Positions 34,401 to 43,344 of a DNA stretch of 64,000 nucleotides are shown one piece after another. Position numbers and translations under genes: made by a program. Under the pieces are notes generated by a model. That model did no database searches. It was not told the DNA's origin and worked only from the letters and a program-made list of their open reading frames with translations. Every line of letters starts with the position of its first letter. Positions within the stretch are counted from its first letter, which is position 1. Source of the stretch: Chloroflexota bacterium (GTDB taxonomy: Bacteria > Chloroflexota > Dehalococcoidia > Lucifugimonadales > JACPCL1); NCBI GenBank assembly GCA_016179765.1, contig JACPCL010000036.1:134110-198109 (forward strand), read 5' to 3'.

Positions 34401-34585
34401 TCTGGTACGGGGGCGACGCGAACATTGACCGTGTGGTAGAGAAGCACGCCGCCTACATCAAGGCGGAAACGCTGTCCCTGGAGCTGTCCCGGCTTGTCGG
34501 GACGCCGGAGGCCGGGGCGTATAGCGAGGCGCTAGAGATAGACGGCATGAAGGTGCGGCTGGCGGTGAGGAGGGGGAAGGTATGA
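31412..34585 (+). CDS. ileS: isoleucine--tRNA ligase (long, type 2-like form)
   Basis: 1057 aa. HIGH-type motif (PMGVHHAWG), KMSKS-type motif (HKSKGN), zinc-finger Cys pairs, editing domain. Confidence 0.92.
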   Translation: MTTFNPVNPRPDFPAMERERLAWWDQTGMVQKYLRRNEQAEKRFSFIDGPITANNPMGVHHAWGRTYKDIWQRFKTMQGYRQRYQNGFDGQGLWVEVEVEKELGFTSKKDIEAFGIDRFVELCKERVRKFAGVQTAQSIRLGYWMDWDNSYHTMSDENNYTIWRFLKVCHERGWLYEGTDVMPWCPRCGTGISNQEIATEGYVELEHASPYLRLPLEGRSREALLVWTTTPWTLSSNVAAAVNPTLTYAKVRQGDETLYLAKSRLGALRGSYVVEEELPGSALVGLLYRGPYDELPAQQGVVHRVIPWDQVSADEGTGIVHIAPGAGAEDFVLGKEHRLAVIAPLDDAGVFVEGFGWLTGRNAAEAPDAIFADLRQKGLLYHVERYRHRYPTCWRCSTELVFRLVSEWFISMKDLRRLIADVSRKVRWVPEFGMERELDWLRNMNDWMISKKRYWGLALPIYKCVSCGHFEVIGSETELKQRAVEGWEQFEGHSPHRPWVDAVKITCPSCGAKVSRIADVGNPWLDAGIVPFSTLAYRNDRDSWQEWFPADWISESFPGQFRNWFYSLLTMSTVLENREPFRCVFSYGLMRDEKGEEMHKSKGNAIWFDDAAEKAGVDAMRWLYFSCNPAANLNFGYGTIDEVRRRFIIPLWNCYSFFVTYANLDGYNPTASPKVQPASDMDRWIISELHQLINDVTRHLEEYNPSDAARRIEEFVDRLSNWYIRRSRPRFWKPVLGEAGGQQGDQDKLSAHQTLYTCLVTITKLIAPAIPFLAEEMYQNLVCSVDDATPDSVHLADWPVAEAALIDESLSEGMRLAMHVASMGRAARSKAGIRVRQPLSRILVTTRTAQESSALQRLAPHVLDELNIKELASLGNEGEVVEFSLRPNLPLLGPKYGNQVGRIRQALGRADAARVATAVRGGDSVTLDGFTLLPEEVLVDAREKPGYAVALEGSYVAAVDTHVTPELADEGMARELVHRIQNMRRSAGYNIADRITVWYGGDANIDRVVEKHAAYIKAETLSLELSRLVGTPEAGAYSEALEIDGMKVRLAVRRGKV

Positions 34586-34623
34586 TGCGACACGCATCAC
34601 AGATCCAATCAGCGAGGTGACCG

Positions 34624-35388
34624 ATGGGGCCCAAAGAACTGGCAACCTCCAACGAGATCTTGCGGGGCCTCGTTGGCTCTACTGTTCACGGCTTATCCGT
34701 GAAGGCTCAGGACGACCGTGATGAGATGGGCGTCTGCGTTGAGCCGCCGGACTACGTGTGCGGCCTGAACACCTTTGAGCAGTATGTCCACAGGACGCAG
34801 CCGGAAGGCGCCCGCAGCGGCCCGGGCGACCTTGACCTGGTCATCTACAGTCTGCGCAAATACGTGCGTTTGGCGGCCCGTGGCAACCCGACGGTGCTCC
34901 TCCTGCTGTTTGTCCCTGAGCAGGAGCTTGTTGTGAAGACGCCGCTTGGAGACCGCTTGCGCGCGGAGTCCCACCTCTTCGCCTCACGCGAGGCCGGGGC
35001 CAGATACCTTGGCTATCTGCAAAGCCAGCGGAGGCCGCTAATTGGGCAGAGCGGGAAGCGTAACCTGCCTAACCGGCCGGAACTGGTGGAGCAATATGGT
35101 TTCGATACCAAGTACGCAGGCCATACAGTGCGCCTGGGTTTCCAAGGTATTGAGTTTCTGCGCACTGGCCGGCTTTCGTTGCCCATGCGCGAGCCGGAGC
35201 GGATCTACGTACGGGACGTGCGCCTGGGCAAGTACTCCTTGCCAGAGGTGTTGAGGCAGGCGGAGGAGCTAGAGCGTGAGCTCCAGGACCTATGCACGAC
35301 CTCAAGCCTTCCGGAGAAGCCAGACTTGGGGAAGATTAACGACCTTCTCTACGAACTGCACACGGAGCATTGGGCAAGAAAACATTGA
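34624..35388 (+). CDS. predicted nucleotidyltransferase (Pol-beta superfamily, RlaP-like)
   Basis: N-terminal GS..HG...DD.D nucleotidyltransferase signature (GSTVHGLSVKAQDDRDEMGV). Family assignment from memory only. Confidence 0.55.
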   Translation: MGPKELATSNEILRGLVGSTVHGLSVKAQDDRDEMGVCVEPPDYVCGLNTFEQYVHRTQPEGARSGPGDLDLVIYSLRKYVRLAARGNPTVLLLLFVPEQELVVKTPLGDRLRAESHLFASREAGARYLGYLQSQRRPLIGQSGKRNLPNRPELVEQYGFDTKYAGHTVRLGFQGIEFLRTGRLSLPMREPERIYVRDVRLGKYSLPEVLRQAEELERELQDLCTTSSLPEKPDLGKINDLLYELHTEHWARKH

Positions 35389-35402
35389 GGGCGTCAAGAA
35401 GG

Positions 35403-35822
35403 TTAGCTTTGGCGCCTTGAGCGGGTGATTTGCTCGCCACCAGATATGACGGACTCTTTTCCTTGATGTCCGGGGCTTGCGAGGATTTGCGCGACATGCT
35501 GCGCGGCCTCCCGAAGTTTCGTTGCATCTTCAACGCTCAAGGATACGACTGCTTGAAAAGGTGGCCCAGCCAGCTTCCGCCGCTCCTCCCGTATGCGCTC
35601 GTCCAGCCAGCGTTTCATGAGCGCCTGGTAGCCCACACCCTCCCGCTCTGCGAAGGCTTTCAGCACGGCCAGCATGGCGGTCGGCAGCCGAATGCTAATG
35701 GCCGTCGCAGCCTTCGCCCGTGGGATGGCATCGGGGGCGTTCTTCCAGCCCCTGGTGGCTATGGTCCCTTCGTCCCAGGCTTTGGCCTCACGCGCCAGTT
35801 CCTTTTTGCTTGTCTGTGTCAT
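35403..35822 (-). CDS. brnA: BrnA-like RHH antitoxin with C-terminal extension
   Basis: ATG overlaps the BrnT stop (ATGA). KAATAISIRLPTAMLAVLKAFAEREGVGYQALMKRWL is the typical BrnA/CopG RHH. About 50 extra C-terminal residues. Confidence 0.7.
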   Translation of the reverse strand: MTQTSKKELAREAKAWDEGTIATRGWKNAPDAIPRAKAATAISIRLPTAMLAVLKAFAEREGVGYQALMKRWLDERIREERRKLAGPPFQAVVSLSVEDATKLREAAQHVAQILASPGHQGKESVISGGEQITRSRRQS

Positions 35823-36190
35823 GTGAACTTCTCCCAATACTTGACGCCCTGTTCAGGCTCAAAAGCCGTGATGGGTATCAAGTACCGTATGCCATTCTCT
35901 GTCCAGTCCTGACAGACGATGAACAGCCATCTATCCCACTGGGTAGCGCCCCAGAACAGTGTCCGGTTCGGGAAATCTGGGTGTCGCTTTGCTTCAACAT
36001 ACGGCGGAATCTCAAACAGCGCCTGCTCCACCTCGGCTTCACTGACCCCGTGGACTTCGGCGATGTGCTTTGCCCCAAACCTCGGATCATCTCGCTCCCA
36101 GACTATCCTGACCGCCTCCATTGTCGGGTTCGGCGATGCAGCCGCTGACAAATAGGCATCTACGATTCGGTGGAGGTCGTCGTCATTCAT
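35819..36190 (-). CDS. brnT: BrnT-like (DUF497) toxin
   Basis: Toxin-first gene order. AKHIAEVHGVSEAEVEQALF..., LFIVC......RYLIPITAF resembles DUF497. Longer N-terminus than usual. Confidence 0.6.
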   Translation of the reverse strand: MNDDDLHRIVDAYLSAAASPNPTMEAVRIVWERDDPRFGAKHIAEVHGVSEAEVEQALFEIPPYVEAKRHPDFPNRTLFWGATQWDRWLFIVCQDWTENGIRYLIPITAFEPEQGVKYWEKFT

Positions 36191-36369
36191 TCTGGAGCGA
36201 ATGTATATGCTTTAGTATATACAAATCCTTGGGGTGTATCAAGGTACTGGGCGACCCGTTGTGGCGGCTTCTTAACCCCACAACCCCTGGTCCACCGCTT
36301 GCCCCCTGCATTATAGTAGGGCAAGCCTACTTGTATCACGAAGTACCCTTACGAAAAAGGCGCTCCTCC

Positions 36370-36516
36370 ATGAAACGCAGCACGGACCACATCCTCACCA
36401 CCCACGTGGGCAGCCTGGTGCGCCCGCCGGAACTCATCCAGCTCATGCGGGTCTGGGACAGGCCGCCTGCCCAGTGGCACGCTCTCGCAAGGCGGGGTAT
36501 CCTAAGGGCAACCTGA
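36370..36516 (+). pseudogene. 5' remnant of a cobalamin-independent methionine synthase (MetE C-domain)-like gene
   Basis: [26 protein letters not shown] matches the characteristic N-terminus (TTHVGSLPRP) of that family, then diverges and stops after 48 codons, just before thiD. Confidence 0.5.
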
Positions 36517-36533
36517 TTCCCAGGAGGCCCCTC

Positions 36534-37334
<801 letters not shown>

Positions 37335-37714
37335 GAGGGTGGGCACGTTCAGCGTCACTGACAGCGGGTGACCCCCTTGGCGCTATGGTCCGGGCAGCAC
37401 ATCACCAAACGGACAAAGGCGTCCTCTCTTCCCTGGGCACCCCCTATCCCTAAAGACGGAGTAGTGGTGCGGGAGTAGGAGGGTCTTGACGCGTTCCTGG
37501 GAGCGCATATGCGTACGAAAGAACTGGTCAACGCCTAGGAATATCCCACTGGTGCGGCGTTTCTGCCTATTACCGACCAGGCCAAGGCAATCATTTTGCC
37601 AAAAGGCTAAACCTATCTTGCTATCCGCAGAGGGCTTGGTTTCTATCCTTCCACAAGGATTCCCTGTTTGACCGTTCGGAGCAGCCCAGGCACATCTCCC
37701 GAAAATGATGCAGG

Positions 37715-38368
37715 CTATGTCGCCTCTCGCATGAGCCTTTCAGCCACATCCGAGGTTAAAGTGTCATGAGTCTGAGTAGAGTCGAGGTTTGCCGAAACGT
37801 TTCTCGCACGGGCACTTTCCAACATCTCTTGCGGAACGTCTTGAACCAACGCCTGTCTAGAGCTTATCCATTTGCCATCAATATAAAAAACTGGGTAGGC
37901 GAAGTATCTTCCTGGGGTAAATGCCCGGGGATCCGAAAACCCGAGTGTTTTGTCCGTTCCTGCTGGGCCGAACAAGTAGTAGATAGCAACTTCTTGAGAA
38001 GAGTAACCTGCCAGCCTTATGGGAGCAAAAATTCCCGAGCCATGTAACGCCTCCGCCGACTCGGGGCTCTTTGCGGCATCAACTGCCGGTCCAACGTCCA
38101 CGAGCGCCACACCACCAAGCTTGAACAATTCTCGAGGGCTCCAGAGGAGGACACTTGAGGCTGTGACCCACCCGGCACGGGCACCGTCGTTGGCAAGGGT
38201 AAACGAAATCAACAAACTGAATGGAGTGTCTGGGCGAGCCGGAGGCATCCAGAAAACTCCGGAGGTATTCGCTCCGAACTTAAAAGGCTTTACTCTGGCG
38301 AGCCAAAGGCGATCAAATAGTGTGACAAGAAGTGCCGACACAGAGATGGCGACAGGGATAATATCCAT
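37715..38368 (-). CDS. hypothetical membrane-anchored protein
   Basis: 217-aa ORF (from MDIIPVAISVSALLVTLF, one N-terminal TM) in an AT-richer patch. No family recognised. Confidence 0.45.
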   Translation of the reverse strand: MDIIPVAISVSALLVTLFDRLWLARVKPFKFGANTSGVFWMPPARPDTPFSLLISFTLANDGARAGWVTASSVLLWSPRELFKLGGVALVDVGPAVDAAKSPESAEALHGSGIFAPIRLAGYSSQEVAIYYLFGPAGTDKTLGFSDPRAFTPGRYFAYPVFYIDGKWISSRQALVQDVPQEMLESARARNVSANLDSTQTHDTLTSDVAERLMREAT

Positions 38369-38861
38369 ACGACGCCCTCCCCGAAGCGTGAACGACAAAG
38401 GGGCACTATGTCAGGCGTGCAAGCCCTGGCCATCAGCTTCTTCATCGACAGCCAGCCTATCCACATCAAGCTCACGCTTTCTGCGGATGCCCTCTCTGAT
38501 ACTTGATCCGAGATTTCCCATTTGGCGCTAGGCCTGAACTCCTGCCAAGGCAGAAAGTGTGATGCGCACCCTACCGTTGCATTCTGGCCTTGTCAAGTGC
38601 CTCGTCCCCCGCCACCCGCCTCTTCCCCAAACCTCCGTCTGCCTCCTATCCTGTCTTGGCGCTGCCATGTTATCCATAGGAGGCCTTGCCATGCCCAACA
38701 CGAATCCCGTCTCCCACCTCCATCCCGCTTGTTTGAACTGCTGTCCCCAGAGCCTTCAATCAAGATGACCCATCCCGCCTATCTGCGCGCTCCATTCCAG
38801 CCCATCATGTTGCGAAAACTCTATCAAGCACAATCAACTCCAGTGGGTCGTGCCCTACATC

Positions 38862-40133
38862 CTACGGGGCTGATGCCCCTATCACCTCAAACCCCGTGTA
38901 GGGGTGCAGGCACTCTGGGATGACGACGGAGCCGTCCGCCTGCTGGAAGGTCTCCAGGAGGGCAATCATGATACGCGGTAGGGCCAGGCCGGAGCCGTTC
39001 AGCGTGTGCACGTACTCCGGGCGGCTCCTCGCCTCGCGGCGGAAGCGGATGCTGGCGCGGCGGGCCTGGAAGTCGGTGCAGTTGGAGCAGGAGCTGACCT
39101 CCAGCCACTCCTGGCAGCCCGGCGACCACACCTCCAGGTCGTAGCTCTTGGCCGAGGGGAAGCCCATGTCGCCGGCGCAGAGCTGCAGGACGCGGTAGTG
39201 GAGGCCCAGGCGTCCCAGGAGGTCTTCGGCGTCGGCCACCAGCCTCTCCAGCTCCTCGTCCGACCGCTCTGGCGCCACGAACTTGTACATCTCCACCTTG
39301 TCAAACTGGTGGACGCGCTTGATGCCCCGCGTATCGCGGCCCGCCGCCGTTCTCTCTTTGCGGAAGCAGGGCGCGTAGGCGGCGTAGTTGATGGGCAGGG
39401 AGCCAGGCTCCAGGATCTCGCCCGCGTGCATGGCCGTCAGCGTCACCTCCGCTGTAGGGGTCAGCCACAGGTCATCCTCGGCGTCGTGGTACAGTGCATC
39501 GGCGAACTTGGGCAGGTTGCTGCTGCCGATGAGGGTCTCCGCCTTCACCAGCGCAGGCGGATATATCTCCATGTAGCCGTGTTCCCTGGTGTGCACGTCT
39601 AGCATCCAGGTGATGAGGGCGCGCTGGAGGCGTGCGCCCTGCCCCCGTAGCACGTAGAAACGGGCGCCGGACATGCGGGCGCCGCGCTGGAAGTCAATGA
39701 TGCCCAGGGCGTCGTTCAGGTCCCAGTGGGCCTTGGGCGGGAAGGCGTAGGCGTGGGGCTGGCCGATGGTGCGACGCACGACGTTGGCCGAGGCGTCCAG
39801 GCCAGGGGGCACGTCGGGGCGCGGCAGATTCGGAAGGTTGAGGAGCGCCCTGGTCAACTCCTCCTCAAGCGCCTTGACCTGTTCCTCCAGGGCCTTGATG
39901 CGGTCGCCGACCTGGCGCATCTCCGCGACAAGCTGGGGCGAGCGCTCCTTGCTGCGTCCGATCTCCTGGCTGACCTGGTTGCGGCGGGCGCGTAACTCGT
40001 CGCCCTCGTGGATGGCCTCGCGGCGTTTGGCGTCCAGGGCCAGGATAGGCTCCAGGGCGGACTCCTCGCCACGGGAGGCCAGGGCGTCCCGCACTTGGTC
40101 TGGGTTGCGGCGGATGAGCTCTATGTCAAGCAT
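38862..40133 (-). CDS. serS: serine--tRNA ligase
   Basis: N-terminal coiled-coil arm (MLDIELIRRNPDQVRDAL...) and class II motifs (FRKE, GSGLALPR). Confidence 0.92.
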   Translation of the reverse strand: MLDIELIRRNPDQVRDALASRGEESALEPILALDAKRREAIHEGDELRARRNQVSQEIGRSKERSPQLVAEMRQVGDRIKALEEQVKALEEELTRALLNLPNLPRPDVPPGLDASANVVRRTIGQPHAYAFPPKAHWDLNDALGIIDFQRGARMSGARFYVLRGQGARLQRALITWMLDVHTREHGYMEIYPPALVKAETLIGSSNLPKFADALYHDAEDDLWLTPTAEVTLTAMHAGEILEPGSLPINYAAYAPCFRKERTAAGRDTRGIKRVHQFDKVEMYKFVAPERSDEELERLVADAEDLLGRLGLHYRVLQLCAGDMGFPSAKSYDLEVWSPGCQEWLEVSSCSNCTDFQARRASIRFRREARSRPEYVHTLNGSGLALPRIMIALLETFQQADGSVVIPECLHPYTGFEVIGASAP

Positions 40134-40140
40134 AGGGGCC

Positions 40141-40497
40141 TCAAAGGAGTAGGCCGCGCACGGGCACTAGCCGTTGACGGACAGGGTCAACCCCCAAACC
40201 CAAGGTTTCCAGGGTCACGACGCCCAATAGTGGCTGCGTCCCTTCATCGCCGAAAACCACTAAGGTGGGATAGACTTCCCCATGGAGCCGCACCAAGGCA
40301 ACGGCGATGTCATAGCGTTTGATCCGCCCATCGGCCACTTCAAACTCCCGCTGTCCTGTAGGTCGTATGCCGAGCCTCCGTAGCACAGAGCCAGGGACGA
40401 AGGTGTACGTGGCACCAGTATCTACAAGGGCCTCTATCTCTTCAGAAGGCCCTGAAGCTTCGGCTGCTAGCTCAATTCGCTGATAAAAGGCGCCCAT
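40141..40497 (-). CDS. retropepsin-like (clan AA) aspartic protease domain protein
   Basis: 118 aa with ALVDTGATYTFV (the DTGA catalytic motif). Ends 7 nt before the serS start. Confidence 0.65.
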   Translation of the reverse strand: MGAFYQRIELAAEASGPSEEIEALVDTGATYTFVPGSVLRRLGIRPTGQREFEVADGRIKRYDIAVALVRLHGEVYPTLVVFGDEGTQPLLGVVTLETLGLGVDPVRQRLVPVRGLLL

Positions 40498-40540
40498 AGC
40501 TCACCTACTGCTTCCCCCGACACATGAAGCTATCCCAAAA

Positions 40541-40623
40541 TCCCTCTCCTTTGAGGGGAGAGGGCAAGGGTGAAACACCCCTCATCCCAACCTTCTCCCA
40601 CAAGGGGAGAAGGGGTTACACCT
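40541..40623. repeat. two adjacent family A hairpin repeats
   Basis: tccctctcc-tttga-ggggagaggg+caagggtgaaac and ccttctccc-acaa-ggggagaagg. Confidence 0.6.
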
Positions 40624-40634
40624 GGTCAGCCCTT

Positions 40635-41159
40635 CTATCTAACTGATTTTGGGATAGGTTCATGATACATCTTCTCTGCCACTTCGGCCCGCTCTATGGC
40701 GGCGATGGCCAGCACGCGCACGTCCTCGGCCACGGGGATGGGGGGTGTCCCCGCTTCCAGGGCGATGCCTCTGCCTTGGCGCAGCGCCTCCAGGGATACC
40801 CACCGCCACGTGCCGGGCGGCGGCGTCTCAAGACCCCGGCTGGCGGGCACGGTGAAGTAGATGAGGTCAATGTGCTGGTGGGCAGGCTCAGAGGGGGTGT
40901 AAAGAATGTCCTCTATCATGATGGTGACGGGGGCAGTCAGTTGAGGGGGCATCTCATAAGAGAAGGCTGAAGCTGTTGGCAGGATTTCCACGGGGAAGCC
41001 GGCCTCCTCCAAAGCCTCGCGATGGGCTGCCTGGACGGGGTCTTCGTCCAGCTCAATGTGGCCGCCCGGGGGCAGCCACATGCGGTTCTTGGCGTGCCAG
41101 TGGAGCAAGGTCTGCCCTTGGACCGACACAAAGGCGGTCACAGTGAAGTGACGCTTCAC
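40635..41159 (-). CDS. NUDIX hydrolase
   Basis: Nudix box GGHIELDEDPVQAAHREALEEAG. GTG start overlaps the lysS stop (GTGA). Confidence 0.85.
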   Translation of the reverse strand: MKRHFTVTAFVSVQGQTLLHWHAKNRMWLPPGGHIELDEDPVQAAHREALEEAGFPVEILPTASAFSYEMPPQLTAPVTIMIEDILYTPSEPAHQHIDLIYFTVPASRGLETPPPGTWRWVSLEALRQGRGIALEAGTPPIPVAEDVRVLAIAAIERAEVAEKMYHEPIPKSVR

Positions 41160-42661
41160 GCCTCCGGCTCCTTGCTGGAGCCAAGGCTGCGAAGCTGGGG
41201 GAACAGCACCACGTCCCGGATGGAGCGCTGGCCGGTGAGCACCATGACCAGGCGGTCAATCCCCACGCCCAGGCCGCCGGTGGGCGGCATGCCGTACTCC
41301 AGGGACTCCAGAAAGTCCTCGTCCAGGCGGTCAAACTCCTCCTCGCCGTGCTGGCGGCGCAAGGCCTCCTGCTCCTCAAACCGCTGTCGTTGGACATCCG
41401 GGTCGTTCAGCTCGGTGAAGGCGTTGGCAACCTCCATGCCGCCGATGAAGGCCTCAAACCGTTCCACGTAGCGGGGATTGCCGGGTTTGGCCTTGGCCAG
41501 GGGGGACATTTCCACCGGGTAGTCCACCAGGAAGGTGGGTTGGATGAGCTTCGGCTCCACGAGCGAACCGACGAGCTTATCCATAATGCTCGTGCGGCTC
41601 TCGGTGCGTTGCACCTGCACCCCAAGCTCGGCGGCGGCGGCCACCAGCTTTTCGTTGGTGTCGTGCCGCTCAATGTCTACGCCGGCCTTGCGCAGCGCCT
41701 CTACCAGGGAGAGGCGCTGCCACGGGGGAGCCAGGTTGATTTCGTGGTCGTGGAAGGCCACCTTCATCTTCCCTAAGACCTCTTGGGCTGCGGTGGACAC
41801 CAGCTCCTCCACCATGCGCATCACATCATGATAGTCGGCATAGGCCTCGTAGCTCTCCATGGTGGTGAACTCCGGATTGTGGTCCAGGTCAATGCCCTCG
41901 TTACGGAAGACCTTGCCGATCTCGTACACTTTGTCCATGCCGCCGACGATGAGGCGCTTGAGGTGCAACTCGGTGGCGATGCGCAGGAACAGGGTGCGGT
42001 CCAGGGCATTATGCTTGGTGACGAAGGGCTTGGCCATAGCCCCGGCGGCCACCTGCACCATTACAGGCGTCTCCACCTCCATGAAGCCGAGGCCGTCCAT
42101 GAAGCGGCGGATGAAGGCGACGACGCGGCTGCGGGTGCGGAAAATGGCCGCTACCTCTGGGTTGGCCATAAGGTCCAGGTAACGCTGGCGGTAGCGTACC
42201 TCCACGTCCTTGAGGCCGTGCCACTTCTCCGGCGGCGGCGCAAGGGCCTTGGCGAGGAGGGTGATCACGGTGGCCTCCAGGGTGACCTCCCCTCGGCGGG
42301 TCTTGAAGAGGGGGCCGGTGGTTCCCAGGAAGTCGCCCAGGTCAAGCTCGGTCAGCAGGTTGTACCCAGCGCCAAGGATGTCGCTGCGGAGGTGGGCCTG
42401 CAGGCGGCCCGCGCCGTCCCGCAGGTCCAGGAAGCTGGCCCTACCCATGCCGCGCATGGCAGTGATGCGGCCGGCGATGGTCACGGCCTGGGTGTGGGCG
42501 GTAGCGCCCTGGTGAGCCTCGGCTTGCTGAAAGAGCTCCAGCGCCTGCTGGGTGGTGTGGGTGCGGTGGAAGTGGGGGGGATAGGGGTCAACGCCGCGGG
42601 CGCGCAGGCGCTCCAGCTTCTCACGGCGGGAACGCAGTAGCTCTGATTCGCGGTCTGACAT
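41156..42661 (-). CDS. lysS: lysine--tRNA ligase (class II)
   Basis: OB anticodon-binding N-domain and class II motifs (FRNEG, GGLGVGIDRLVM). Confidence 0.92.
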   Translation of the reverse strand: MSDRESELLRSRREKLERLRARGVDPYPPHFHRTHTTQQALELFQQAEAHQGATAHTQAVTIAGRITAMRGMGRASFLDLRDGAGRLQAHLRSDILGAGYNLLTELDLGDFLGTTGPLFKTRRGEVTLEATVITLLAKALAPPPEKWHGLKDVEVRYRQRYLDLMANPEVAAIFRTRSRVVAFIRRFMDGLGFMEVETPVMVQVAAGAMAKPFVTKHNALDRTLFLRIATELHLKRLIVGGMDKVYEIGKVFRNEGIDLDHNPEFTTMESYEAYADYHDVMRMVEELVSTAAQEVLGKMKVAFHDHEINLAPPWQRLSLVEALRKAGVDIERHDTNEKLVAAAAELGVQVQRTESRTSIMDKLVGSLVEPKLIQPTFLVDYPVEMSPLAKAKPGNPRYVERFEAFIGGMEVANAFTELNDPDVQRQRFEEQEALRRQHGEEEFDRLDEDFLESLEYGMPPTGGLGVGIDRLVMVLTGQRSIRDVVLFPQLRSLGSSKEPEA

Positions 42662-42673
42662 GGGAGGTGCTTT

Positions 42674-42749
42674 ACCTCTCCCCTAGCGCCTTCCGTTGAG
42701 GGGAGGGGGATTTCACCCCTTCCCTTGAGGGAAGGGGAAGGGGTTAGGT
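42674..42749. repeat. family A hairpin repeats (two units)
   Basis: cctctcccc...ggggaggggg and ccccttccc-ttga-gggaagggg+aaggggttaggtg between greA and lysS. Confidence 0.6.
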
Positions 42750-42750
42750 G

Positions 42751-43221
42751 TCACGCAATCTTGACAACGGTCAGCCTTATCTTGCCGGAGGGGGTGTCCA
42801 CCTCGGCCTGCTCTCCTACGCGGTGGCCCAGGAGGGCGCGGCCCACGGGAGACTCGTTGGAGATGCGGCCTTGGGCGGGATCGGCCTCGGTGCGGCCCAC
42901 GATGGTAAAGGTCTGTGTGCGGCCCTGGGGGTTGGTCACCGCCACCACCGAGCCAACCTCTACCCTGTCCGAAGGCTTGCGGTCGTCTGGGATGAGGACG
43001 ACGTCTTTGATGGCCTCTTCCAGCTCTCGGATTCGCCCTTCAATGAAGGCCTGCTGGTTTTTGGCGTCCTCGTAGTCGGCGTTGTCCACGGTTCCGCCCA
43101 CCGCTGTCGCCCGCTGGATGCGCTGGGCTGCCTCCGGCCGCCTGACCCTGCGCAACAGGTCCAGCTCTGCTTCAAGTTTTGTGAGGCCCTCAGAGGTGAG
43201 GAAGTTTTCCCGCCGCACCAT
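42751..43221 (-). CDS. greA: transcription elongation factor GreA
   Basis: ATG at 43221 after GGAGG. Coiled-coil N-domain (LTSEGLTKLEAELDLLR) and GreA C-domain (SPVGRALLGHRVGE). Confidence 0.9.
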   Translation of the reverse strand: MVRRENFLTSEGLTKLEAELDLLRRVRRPEAAQRIQRATAVGGTVDNADYEDAKNQQAFIEGRIRELEEAIKDVVLIPDDRKPSDRVEVGSVVAVTNPQGRTQTFTIVGRTEADPAQGRISNESPVGRALLGHRVGEQAEVDTPSGKIRLTVVKIA

Positions 43222-43344
43222 GGTGTGCCCCTCCACCCAAAGGCATTGAGGAAGAAACAACAAGCCAGGGCGCAGGGGACACATATCCCCCTCGCCCTGT
43301 GTGGCACCAGTGTAGCTTAGTTTGAAGGTGTTGTAAAGCGTTTT

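Noticed and set aside
36191-36533. TPP riboswitch expected upstream of thiD
   Set aside because: I looked for the conserved CUGAGA and ACCUGAUCUGGAUAAUGCCAGCG-type elements and found none. The region instead holds the MetE-like remnant.
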